Source: Deltaproteobacteria bacterium (lineage in GTDB: Bacteria; Desulfobacterota; Desulfobacteria; Desulfobacterales; SpSt-501). From it: a stretch of 64,000 nucleotides of DNA. The notes under the pieces are model-generated. The model saw nothing but the letters and a program-made list of their open reading frames with translations. It was not told the DNA's origin and ran no database searches. Position 1 is the first letter of the stretch, and every line of letters begins with the position of its first letter. The DNA is taken from contig JACRCN010000033.1 in NCBI GenBank assembly GCA_016219005.1, positions 7,595 through 71,594 on the forward strand. Direction: 5' to 3'. The position numbers were made by a program, and so were the translations under genes. Shown piece after piece: positions 9,769-18,230 of the stretch.

Positions 9769-10518
9769 ATGCGTTGCGCAGGCATTGATATCGGCTCCCG
9801 GGCCATCAAGCTGGTAGTAGTCGAAAACGGAACTATCGGAGAGCACCGCCAGGTCGACACCGGCTATAATCCCATGGCCGCAGCCCGCAAGCTGCTGCAG
9901 GGTTTGGCTTACGACCGCATTCTCGCCACGGGTTACGGCCGCGGCCAGTTCGAAGTGGACTTCGATGCTCCCACCGTGACGGAGATCAAGGCCCATGCCG
10001 CAGGCGCGCGGTTTTTCTTTCCAGAGGTCGCCACCGTGATGGACATCGGCGGTCAGGACAGTAAAGCCATTGCGATGAACGCTGCGGGCAAAGTCGTCAA
10101 GTTCGAAATGAACGACCGCTGTGCCGCCGGCACCGGCAAGTTTTTGGAGATCATGGCGAAGTCGCTGGGATTTAGCCTGGAACAATTTGCATCCCAGGCA
10201 CTTCAGGCCGAGAAGGACATCCAGGTCAACAGCATGTGCACGGTGTTCGCCGAGTCCGAGGTCACTTCTTTGGTGGCCCGGGGTGAAGACCGGCGCAACA
10301 TCGCTTTGGGACTGCATAAGTCCGTGGTCCGGCGCGCGGCAGGGATGCTGCGGAGGGTCTCGATCGAAGGACCGGTGGTCTTTTCAGGCGGTGTGGCCAA
10401 AAACCGCTGCATGCAACGGCTTATGGAGGAGACCTTGCAGCAACCGATTCTGACGGCGGAAGACCCCCAAATGACCGGCGCTTTGGGCGCGGCGATGCTA
10501 GCCGGCTGCAGCGCTTAA
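9769..10518 (+). CDS. acyl-CoA dehydratase activase / BcrAD-BadFG-HgdC family ATPase
   Basis: 249 aa. ASKHA-fold N-terminus GIDIGSRAIKLVV, DIGGQDSK, and cluster-bridging CAAGTGKF. Confidence 0.85.
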   Translation: MRCAGIDIGSRAIKLVVVENGTIGEHRQVDTGYNPMAAARKLLQGLAYDRILATGYGRGQFEVDFDAPTVTEIKAHAAGARFFFPEVATVMDIGGQDSKAIAMNAAGKVVKFEMNDRCAAGTGKFLEIMAKSLGFSLEQFASQALQAEKDIQVNSMCTVFAESEVTSLVARGEDRRNIALGLHKSVVRRAAGMLRRVSIEGPVVFSGGVAKNRCMQRLMEETLQQPILTAEDPQMTGALGAAMLAGCSA

Positions 10519-10536
10519 GGTTTTGCACGGAGGGGC

Positions 10537-10971
10537 ATGATCCTGATTGAGGCTGAAAATATCCGCAAGACGTTCGCCGAGGACAAGGGCGGGCAGCTGC
10601 CTGCGATTGAAGACCTGAGCCTGCGAGTCCGAAAAAACGAGTTGTTTCCATCGTAGGACCGAGCGGATGCGGCAAATCGACCTTTCTGCTGATGGTCGCG
10701 GGGTTGGAGCGACTCAGTCAGGGTCGACTGCTGATCGAGGGCAAACCGGTCAACGGCCCGGATCACAGACGGGCACTGGTGTTTCAGGAATACCACCTGT
10801 TTCCGTGGAAAGGTGATGATGAGTCGGCGGCCAGGGCGGATCATCACGGACGTCCGTATCGACCTGCCGCGCCCCCGGACTCGAGAAATGCTGTTGTCCG
10901 ACGAGTTCCGCGATTATGAGCGCCATCTCAAGAAACTGGTCTGGGCCGAATTTCAAGGGGATGTGCAATGA
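10537..10971 (+). pseudogene. ABC transporter ATP-binding protein relic (NitT/TauT, SsuB-like)
   Basis: N-terminus MILIEAENIRKTF... hits a stop at 10654. Walker A VSIVGPSGCGKST continues in another frame and runs to FQEYHLFPWK. The signature and Walker B regions are missing. The C-terminal end RIDLPRPRTREML...FQGDVQ returns to the first frame. Confidence 0.7.
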
Positions 10972-11201
10972 GGACGGATACAAGAAAGTTGATGTCACCG
11001 TTGGGTCTTCTCATTGTCTGGGAGATGATCGCCAGACTCAACTGGGTGGACCCGTTCTTTCTGCCGGCTCCCAGAGCCGTATGGGGCGAGCTTCAGAAAA
11101 TGGTGGTCTCCGGCGAGATCTTCCCGCACATCGGCGTCAGTCTGGCCCGTGCGGTGAGCGGCTATCGGTGGACGCGGCCGGCAGGAAGCGCTTGGATATG
11201 A
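10968..11201 (+). pseudogene. ABC transporter permease relic (SsuC/TauC-like N-terminal ~65 aa only)
   Basis: The ATGA overlap with the ATPase relic is preserved. The sequence LLIVWEMIARLNWVDPFFLPAPRAVW...SLARAVSGY is typical of a NitT/TauT permease N-terminus, and the ORF then terminates. Confidence 0.55.
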
Positions 11202-11342
11202 AGGTTCAATTGTCCACCCCTTGCCCGTTTTGCGGCGAGCTGCATATTTACGCCGCGGCTGAATTGGCGTGTCCGCTGACCGGCAACCTTGCATGACCAT
11301 GAGGGGCAGAGGGTGACAAGTCGCGAGAAAGGCAGGTTATTA

Positions 11343-12392
11343 ATGACTGACATCAAGAACATACGTTTGACTACCACCGTGGCCGGAGCCGGCTGAGCGT
11401 CCAAGCTGGCTCCAGGGGACCTGGATCGGGCCCTGTGCGGCATGGTGTTTCCAGCGGATGCGAATGTTATCGTCGGCCTGGACCGGGCGGATGACGCCGG
11501 TGTTTATCGGATTTCAGATGACCTGGCCATAATCCAGACAGTGGATTTTTTCACTCCCATCGTGGACGACCCATACTGGTTCGGGCAAATCGCGGCTGCT
11601 AACGCACTGAGCGATATCTACGCCATGGGTGGGACCCCGAAAACCGCAATGAACCTGGTGGCCTTCCCGGTCAGGGAGATGGACATTTCCGTCCTGCGCC
11701 GGATCATCCAGGGCGGGGTCGACAAACTCACGCAGGCGGGTGTTGTTTTGCTGGGAGGTCACAGCATCGAGGACCGGGAGCTCAAATACGGGCTGTCGGT
11801 TACGGGATTCGTGCACCCGCGGCGCGTACTCACCAAGAAAAACCTCCAGGCGGGTGACCGGTTGGTCCTGACGAAACCGCTCGGCATGGGCATCGTCACC
11901 ACCGCCGTCAAGGCGGGCATGGCGCCGGCAGGACTCGTGGAATACGTCACGCACCTGATGGCTCTGCTTAACCGAAGCGCTGCAGAAATTATGTCGGGTT
12001 TCGATGTCAATGCCTGCACCGATGTAACTGGCTTCGGTCTGCTGGGGCATTTGGCTGAAATGGTATGCGGCTCCAACATGGCGGTGCGGGTCTTTTCGCG
12101 GCAAGTGCCGGTGATTCCGGAAGCATTGGAATATGCTTCCATGGGGCTTATTCCTGCCGGTGCTTACAAGAACAAGGAATTCCGGGAGTCGATGATTGCT
12201 TTCGCGGACACGGTGGAGCGCTCGCACCGGGATGTGCTCTTCGATCCGCAGACCTCGGGCGGATTGTTGATCAGCGTCAAGGCCGATCAATCCATGGAAC
12301 TCGTGGCGGCATTTAAAAACGCCGGTATCAGTGATGCAGCGGAAATCGGTGAAGTGCTGCACGGCCACGAAGAGAAAATAGTGGTGTTATAA
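11343..12392 (+). CDS. selD: selenide, water dikinase (selenophosphate synthetase), selenocysteine-containing
   Basis: The ORF track starts at 11442. In-frame upstream sequence reads MTDIKNIRLTTTVAGAG-TGA-ASKLAPGDLDRAL, matching the SelD N-terminal GxG(C/U)xxK active-site loop. TGA is at 11394..11396. The rest of the protein is a canonical AIR-synthase-like SelD. Confidence 0.9.
11408..11432 (+). promoter_or_regulatory. putative bacterial SECIS hairpin for selD
   Basis: UCCAGG-GGA-CCUGGA stem-loop at 11411..11425, extendable by GGC/GCC. It starts about 15 nt after the UGA and has a G-rich apical loop. Confidence 0.5.
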
Positions 12393-12459
12393 GGGGCCTG
12401 TTACCCGGTACGCCAAATAAACACCGGACACGAAACACCTAACACGATGAGGCGATATC

Positions 12460-13056
12460 ATGAAAGAAATCGATGCAAGAGGACTGGCCTGCCCCGCTCC
12501 GGTGCTACACACAAAAGCCACGCTGCAGGAGGAGAAACCTGCTGCCGTGAAGGTCCTTGTCGATAATGGGGCCTCTCAGCAGAACGTGCAAAGGTTCCTG
12601 GAGTCACAAGGGTTTCAGACGGCGCTCAAACAGCAAGGGTCTGATTACATAATTATCGGAACCTGCGGTTCTGAGCCCGGCGAGCATGCCCAGGCGTCCA
12701 CTGTGCCGGAAGCTGACGTCAAGAAGATCATGGTGCTGTGCGCCACCGACCGAATGGGGTTCGGGGATGACGAACTGGGCTTGAAGCTGATGGTCAATTT
12801 CTTGCGGACGCTGAAAGAAATGGGCTCCGACCTGTGGCGTCTGGTGTTTGTGAACAATGGCGTAAAGCTCGCCATCGACGGGTCGGAGGTTCTTGAAGAC
12901 CTCAAGGCCTACGAGAAGGCCGGACTGAAAATTCTGGTGTGTGGAACCTGCCTGAACCATTTCAAACTTCTGGATCGAAAGCAGGTCGGTGAAACAACCA
13001 ACATGCTCGACATTGTCACAGGTGCGCAACTCGCCGACAAAGTGATCAGTCTTTGA
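12460..13056 (+). CDS. yedF: selenium metabolism protein YedF-like (TusA/SirA domain + DsrE-like domain)
   Basis: N-terminal DARGLACPAPV (CPxP TusA motif) and a C-terminal DsrE/F-like domain, about 198 aa. Located immediately after selD. Confidence 0.75.
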   Translation: MKEIDARGLACPAPVLHTKATLQEEKPAAVKVLVDNGASQQNVQRFLESQGFQTALKQQGSDYIIIGTCGSEPGEHAQASTVPEADVKKIMVLCATDRMGFGDDELGLKLMVNFLRTLKEMGSDLWRLVFVNNGVKLAIDGSEVLEDLKAYEKAGLKILVCGTCLNHFKLLDRKQVGETTNMLDIVTGAQLADKVISL

Positions 13057-13446
13057 TGCAGCCTGTCTTTATTTTCGGGTCAAAGTATGTTCTTCAATAG
13101 CGGAGCGAAAGCCTTACGAGGCCTGTGAAAGAATAGGTCATACCATCACTTATGCAAACGCCTGAAGACCTGTTCTGATCATACGATTGCAGATGCCTCT
13201 TTGATCTTGACGGATTGAGGAAGTTGTGTCATTTTAGACTGGCTATATCAAAAATGGCATAACTATCTCTCGGACATTTTCACGAGAGAATACTCGCCCG
13301 TCTACAGTTCGTCCTTCAACCCGGGTTGAGGGGAAGCCGACTATCCATGCAGCACTTCCCTATACAAATTTCAGTTAGACGATGGGGTGGCTTTCCGCCA
13401 AGAAAAAGCTTTTACTCACCTGCAACTCAAGAAGAGAAACAAAGCG

Positions 13447-14997
13447 ATGAAACGTCCCTCTATCTCTGAAACTCTGGCAGCCTTGGGAGTCCAGGAAGAA
13501 AACGCCGGCACTGCAACCGGCTTGAAATGGCTGGAGGCCTGCGGTGCCGGCAAACTCCACAGTGATTCTCCGGTGGACGGCAAACGCATCGCCGCGGTTT
13601 GCCCGGCAACCGCGGAAGCATACGAACAGGTGATGCAGACTGCGACGGCGGCCTTTCTTCGGTGGCGCGCCGTGCCGGCCCCGCGACGTGGCGAAATCGT
13701 CCGTCAAATAGGTCATCAGCTCCGGGAATACAAGGGACCTCTCGGCCGCTTGGTCAGCTACGAGATGGGCAAATCCCTTCAGGAGGGCTGGGGCGAAGTC
13801 CAGGAGATGATCGATATCGCCGACTTCGCGCTGGGCCAGTCCCGTCAGCTCTATGGGTACACGATGCATTCCGAGCGTCCCGGCCATCGCATGTACGACC
13901 AGTACCATCCCTTGGGTGTTGTAGGGGTTATCACCGCTTTCAATTTTCCTGTGGCCGTCTGGGCGTGGAATGCGCTGATCGCGGCAGTGTGCGGCGATGT
14001 CGTGGTGTGGAAACCGGCTTCAAAGGTGCCCCTGACAGCAATTGCCGTCCAGCGCATCATCGGAAACGTTCTGCGCCAAAACGGCCTGCCCGAAGGTATC
14101 TTTAATCTCGTCATCGGCAATGGATCGGTGATCGGAGACCGGATGCTGAACGACCGCCGCATCGCCCTGCTTTCGCTCACTGGCTCAACCCGGGTGGGCC
14201 GGCATGCGGCGGCGGTCGTCGCCGGCCGGATGGGCAAAGCCCTCTTGGAGCTTGGCGGCAACAATGCTATCATTCTGACCGAAAACGCTGAATTGGAATT
14301 AGCGATTCCCTCAGTGGTGTTCGGGGCCGTGGGTACGGCCGGGCAGCGCTGCACCACTACCCGGCGGTTGATCGTCCACGAGTCGATTTTCGATCGTGTG
14401 AGAGAATCGCTCGTCAAGGCATACAGAGGTTTGAGAATCGGCGATCCATTGGACGAATCCAACCACGTGGGTCCGCTGATCGACCGGCAGGCAGTCGCGC
14501 AGTTCCTGTCAGCACTTGAAAAAATCCGCCAGGAGGGTGGCCGGATTCTCTATGGCGGCCAGGCTCTTGAAGGCAAGGGCTACGAATCCGGATGTTACGT
14601 CGTACCGGCGATTGCGGCGGCCGAAAACCATTACGAGGTCGTCCAGGAGGAAACGTTCGCGCCGATCCTTTACCTGATCCGCTATTCGGGGAGTGTGGAG
14701 AACGCCATCGCTCTTCAGAATGACGTGCCGCAGGGGCTTTCCTCAGCCATATTCACGACGGACCTGCGCCAGGCGGAAAGATTTTTGTCCGCCTGGGGCT
14801 CGGACTGCGGGATCGCCAACGTCAACATCGGGACATCCGGGGCCGAGATCGGAGGCGCGTTTGGGGGCGAAAAAGAGACCGGCGGCGGCCGCGAGTCCGG
14901 ATCTGACGCCTGGAAAGCCTATATGCGGCGTCAAACCAACACCATAAACTTCGGCACGGAACTGCCGTTGGCACAGGGCATCCGGTTCGAGATTTGA
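13447..14997 (+). CDS. NAD-dependent aldehyde dehydrogenase (ALDH7 / aminoadipate-semialdehyde dehydrogenase-like)
   Basis: ELGGNNA and GTAGQRCTT catalytic motifs. The start at 13447 (MKRPS) is preferred over the ORF-track start at 13387. Confidence 0.85.
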   Translation: MKRPSISETLAALGVQEENAGTATGLKWLEACGAGKLHSDSPVDGKRIAAVCPATAEAYEQVMQTATAAFLRWRAVPAPRRGEIVRQIGHQLREYKGPLGRLVSYEMGKSLQEGWGEVQEMIDIADFALGQSRQLYGYTMHSERPGHRMYDQYHPLGVVGVITAFNFPVAVWAWNALIAAVCGDVVVWKPASKVPLTAIAVQRIIGNVLRQNGLPEGIFNLVIGNGSVIGDRMLNDRRIALLSLTGSTRVGRHAAAVVAGRMGKALLELGGNNAIILTENAELELAIPSVVFGAVGTAGQRCTTTRRLIVHESIFDRVRESLVKAYRGLRIGDPLDESNHVGPLIDRQAVAQFLSALEKIRQEGGRILYGGQALEGKGYESGCYVVPAIAAAENHYEVVQEETFAPILYLIRYSGSVENAIALQNDVPQGLSSAIFTTDLRQAERFLSAWGSDCGIANVNIGTSGAEIGGAFGGEKETGGGRESGSDAWKAYMRRQTNTINFGTELPLAQGIRFEI

Positions 14998-15000
14998 TTT

Positions 15001-15141
15001 GAAGCCATCTCAAAAATAGCAGATCATAGCCGAGGGCAAGGCGCACGCCGATGAAAAGCGCAAGCCGCGTCAGGTGCTGAGCATTTTTCAGAGGCGTGCA
15101 ACGCCGCCATCGACGGCCAGACGCATTTTTGAGATAGCTTC
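15001..15141 (+). repeat. ~140-bp MITE-like repeat, copy A
   Basis: Terminal inverted repeats GAAGCCATCTCAAAAAT ... ATTTTTGAGATAGCTTC. Near-identical over its whole length to 15842..15985 and to the reverse complement of 21295..21434. Confidence 0.85.
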
Positions 15142-15210
15142 TAAATCGTTTCGGCAGGAACAACGAACGATCCGGTTGCCTCCCGCAGCCCCACTCGATG
15201 AGAATGCCCG

Positions 15211-15906
15211 ATGAATTTTCTTGCCCACGCTTTTCTTGCCGGCACAGACGATGATGCCATTCTTGGCAGCCTGCTGGGTGATTTTGTCAAAGGGTGTCCC
15301 GAAGGCCGTTTCAGCGCCGCAGTCTCGGAGGCGATCCGACTTCATCGGAGAATCGATTCGTATTCGGACGCCCATCGCATCACCCGCCGGAGTCGAAATC
15401 GCATCACCCCCTCGCGGCGCCGCTTCGCGGGAATTATCGTCGATGTAGGTTATGACCATTTTCTGAGCCGCCATTGGCGCCGATTCAGCTCCATGGAGCT
15501 GGGCCCGTTCGTCCACCGGGTTTATACTGTTTTGAGCAGGCATTGCCCGCTGCTCCCGGAACGCCTGAGCCACATCCTGCCCCGCATGATCTCGGAGAAC
15601 TGGCTTGGAAGTTACATCCGCCTGGAGCACGTGGGCGATGCGCTCGACCGGATCGCCGGCCGGCTTTCCCGGGGCGGTCGTTTCCTCCACGCCGTCACCG
15701 AGATCGAAGACAACTACGAGACTCTTGAGGCGGACTTTCTGACCTTTTTCCCCGAACTCGTTTCCTTTTGCACGGACGCGAAACAGAGAGGTGAAATCGA
15801 CCCCGGCAAAAGGCCGGCCGGCTCCCATCCCGGGGACGTTGGAAGCCATCTCAAAAATTGCAGATCACAGCCGAGGGCAGGACGCACGCCGATTAAAAAT
15901 ACGTAG
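15211..15906 (+). CDS. acpH: acyl carrier protein phosphodiesterase
   Basis: N-terminus MNFLAHAFLAG...LGDFVKG...HRRIDSYSD matches AcpH. The last ~22 codons and the stop lie inside repeat copy B. Confidence 0.75.
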   Translation: MNFLAHAFLAGTDDDAILGSLLGDFVKGCPEGRFSAAVSEAIRLHRRIDSYSDAHRITRRSRNRITPSRRRFAGIIVDVGYDHFLSRHWRRFSSMELGPFVHRVYTVLSRHCPLLPERLSHILPRMISENWLGSYIRLEHVGDALDRIAGRLSRGGRFLHAVTEIEDNYETLEADFLTFFPELVSFCTDAKQRGEIDPGKRPAGSHPGDVGSHLKNCRSQPRAGRTPIKNT

Positions 15907-15985
15907 CCGCGTCAGCTTGTGAGCATTTTTCAGAGGTGGGCACAATACCGCCGGCGACTGTCGGATGCATTTTTAAGATAGCTTC
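15842..15985 (+). repeat. ~140-bp MITE-like repeat, copy B
   Basis: Same element as 15001..15141, with the same TIRs. It overlaps the 3' end of acpH. Confidence 0.85.
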
Positions 15986-16146
15986 TCGCAGATCGTCGGG
16001 AGGTCGCGGGAGGGAGCGTCGGGCCGCAGCGCGCCGGGAAAGCTCATCGCGAGGATCGGGGTAAAAGGGGATTGTGTTGGCGGGCTGCCATACACATTAC
16101 ACCGCGCTTTACACCCACTTCGGCATGGCGTGAGGAGCCTTCCACC

Positions 16147-16377
16147 GTGGCAGAAAGACAGATACTCTGCAGGAACACTCCGAGCGACGCCTACGGAAAA
16201 GGCCCGGAAGACACAGACATTGACCCTCCAAAGACCGTCAGCGGAAATCAGGCCAAGATACAAATCTTCGGGAAAGAGATGATCGAGAAAAGGGTCAAGG
16301 CCAGTGCCAACAGCGGCAGGGTCTACCTGCCTCCGGACTGGATCGGGCATAAAGTGAAAATAATCCGTATCGATTAA
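16147..16377 (+). CDS. small DUF2080/AbrB-like protein (start uncertain)
   Basis: The C-terminal KIQIFGKEMIEKRVKASANSGRVYLPPDWIGHKVKIIRID resembles the DUF2080 pattern (GNSgrvylP..WiGkkVkv). A GTG at 16147 follows GAGGAG. Only the last ~40 aa are recognisable. Confidence 0.35.
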   Translation: MAERQILCRNTPSDAYGKGPEDTDIDPPKTVSGNQAKIQIFGKEMIEKRVKASANSGRVYLPPDWIGHKVKIIRID

Positions 16378-16437
16378 ATCTGTTGTTTGAATTCCGAATT
16401 CTAAATCTTTCGATATGGACTGGACGCCGAACTATAA

Positions 16438-17277
16438 ATGAAAATATACCGGCCACAAATGACCCAAGCGGGTATGTCTCTGACCTTTTCGGTGGATGCC
16501 ATTAATGCATCGGGAAAACAGACCTGTGTTGAAATTCCATACGAATTTGCCCTGACAATTCACCTCGACGGTCATGAAGTTGCCACGCTCATGACCTTGG
16601 GCACACATCCGGAAGAGCTCGTGCTGGGATATCTGCGAAATCAGGGGATGATTCGGGTTATCGAAGATATCGCATCCGTCATGGTCAACTGGGAGGAAGA
16701 AACGGCGCGGGTTGCCACTTTTCACGGAACCCCCGGGGTCGATGAGGCGAAAATGATGAGCCACCGGATTGTGACCAGCGGCTGCGGCCAAGCAATGATG
16801 TTCGACTGCCTGCTTCAGTCTGTCTACGCGGCAAAACTCCCTACACGAAAAATTCGACAGTCCGCCATCTATTCAATACTGCGAAAGCTTTCCAATCAAA
16901 ACACAATTTACCGGATAGCTGGTTCAGTGCACGGGTGTGGCTTGTGCACAGATTCTGATGTTCTGTTTTTTGTGGAAGACGTGGGCAGGCATAATGCGGC
17001 AGACGTGATTTCAGGCAGAATGTGGCTGGAGCGGATTTGCGGCGAGGGTAAGCTTCTATATACTACGGGCCGGTTGACTTCAGAAATTGTAATAAAAGCT
17101 GCATTAATGGGTATTTCCGTGCTGATTTCCAAATCCGGGACAACGCGGATGGGTCTGGAATTGGCCCAAGATTTAGGGCTGACTATGATCGGACGCGTGA
17201 AAAAAAGCCGTTTTTTAGTTTACAGCGGCGCGGAAAATCTCATTTTCGACGCACTATCTGACCGGACTGAAGAATGA
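16438..17277 (+). CDS. fdhD: formate dehydrogenase accessory sulfurtransferase FdhD
   Basis: FdhD signature EDVGRHNAADVISG, 279 aa. Confidence 0.85.
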   Translation: MKIYRPQMTQAGMSLTFSVDAINASGKQTCVEIPYEFALTIHLDGHEVATLMTLGTHPEELVLGYLRNQGMIRVIEDIASVMVNWEEETARVATFHGTPGVDEAKMMSHRIVTSGCGQAMMFDCLLQSVYAAKLPTRKIRQSAIYSILRKLSNQNTIYRIAGSVHGCGLCTDSDVLFFVEDVGRHNAADVISGRMWLERICGEGKLLYTTGRLTSEIVIKAALMGISVLISKSGTTRMGLELAQDLGLTMIGRVKKSRFLVYSGAENLIFDALSDRTEE

Positions 17278-17701
17278 TAGAAAATTTAGAGGAAGTTTTT
17301 ATCGACCTACCTTTTTTATTTTTCCCTCGTGACACGCAAAATCGTGTAATGGATTTTTTGATTTAATACATTCCCCATCCGCTTTTGGAGCTAAACAGGT
17401 TGACTTGACTTTGATGCATCAGGCTGCCATCATCAGAGCCTCTCAGCAATTCGGCTTTTCCGCTTCATAGCTTCCCCTGGTTGCTGCATCTTCACTAGAT
17501 TCCACACCCCCTGTCGCAGGAGGGGAGGGATGAGGTGCGATGAAAAGGGAAGCTAACTTGAATTACAGATATTGACAAAGGTCGAAAACTGATCACAGAT
17601 AGACGTCATTCCGGTGATTTCATCCGACCTATCAAGCGCATTGCAGGGGTTGGGTTTATTGATGGAAATTTTCCGTTGGGTGACCCTTGGTTTAATACTT
17701 C

Positions 17702-18154
17702 ATGATTAAGCATATCCTCACGAATACTAAGATCTGTTTAGTTTTTTTGGCCGCTCTGTGGGGGCTGACGCTTTCGGCTCCTCTGGAGGCGGCCGATTTC
17801 CTATTCAGCTGGGAGGCCAGCACGGACGCGTCCACCACCGCCTACCGCGTCTACCAGCGCACCGGGGATTCCCCCTACGAAATGATCGACGAAGTGCAAG
17901 TGGAAGATCTCAACAACCCAGCCTACCCCAGTTATCAGGTCGTTGGTTTGGGCGACGGCAACAGCTACTGGTTCGCGGCGACCTCCATTTCCGCTTCCAG
18001 CACGGAAAGCGACTTTTCCAACCAGACCTGCATCACGGTGAACGGCCAGGTCGTCGAATGCAACGACAATGACGAGAACGGCGCCACTGTTTTTCTCAGC
18101 TGTTTCATCAGCACGGTCAGCGAAGGACTTTATCCGGGAACCACGGGTCGCTAA
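17702..18154 (+). CDS. secreted fibronectin type III-like domain protein
   Basis: Signal peptide (LVFLAALWGLTLSAPLEA), then an FN3-like pattern FSWEASTDASTTAYRVY...YWFAATSIS. Confidence 0.55.
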   Translation: MIKHILTNTKICLVFLAALWGLTLSAPLEAADFLFSWEASTDASTTAYRVYQRTGDSPYEMIDEVQVEDLNNPAYPSYQVVGLGDGNSYWFAATSISASSTESDFSNQTCITVNGQVVECNDNDENGATVFLSCFISTVSEGLYPGTTGR

Positions 18155-18230
18155 CCGGTTGATGGACGAAGGATAGACGGATAGGCGGTCCATCGCCCTT
18201 GGACCGTGTCGTCGCTGCATTTCGATTCTG

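Noticed and set aside
8797-10317. 506-aa ORF on the minus strand
   Set aside because: Antisense to the dehydratase-like and activase genes, which carry clear family motifs. Shadow ORF.
11198-11296. 32-codon ORF MKVQLSTPCPFCGELHIYAAAELACPLTGNLA between the permease relic and selD
   Set aside because: It has a CxxC motif but is very short, with no Shine-Dalgarno sequence. It lies in a region of gene decay and cannot be distinguished from chance.
13240-13262. Possible sigma54 promoter (TGGCATAACTATCTC) upstream of the aldehyde dehydrogenase gene
   Set aside because: The -24 GG is present but the -12 element (TTGC) is absent, so the match is insufficient.
13387-13446. Upstream extensions of ORF-track starts (13387 ALDH, 3671 rhodanese, 36198 ligase, 21202 regulator, 28927 thiolase, 29862 hbd, 31201 XRE, 33130 ACT, 61725 GntR, 61927 dehydrogenase, 63878 lipoprotein)
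   Set aside because: In each case an internal ATG or GTG is preceded by a good Shine-Dalgarno sequence and matches the family N-terminus. The extensions have non-coding-like sequence or overlap upstream genes.
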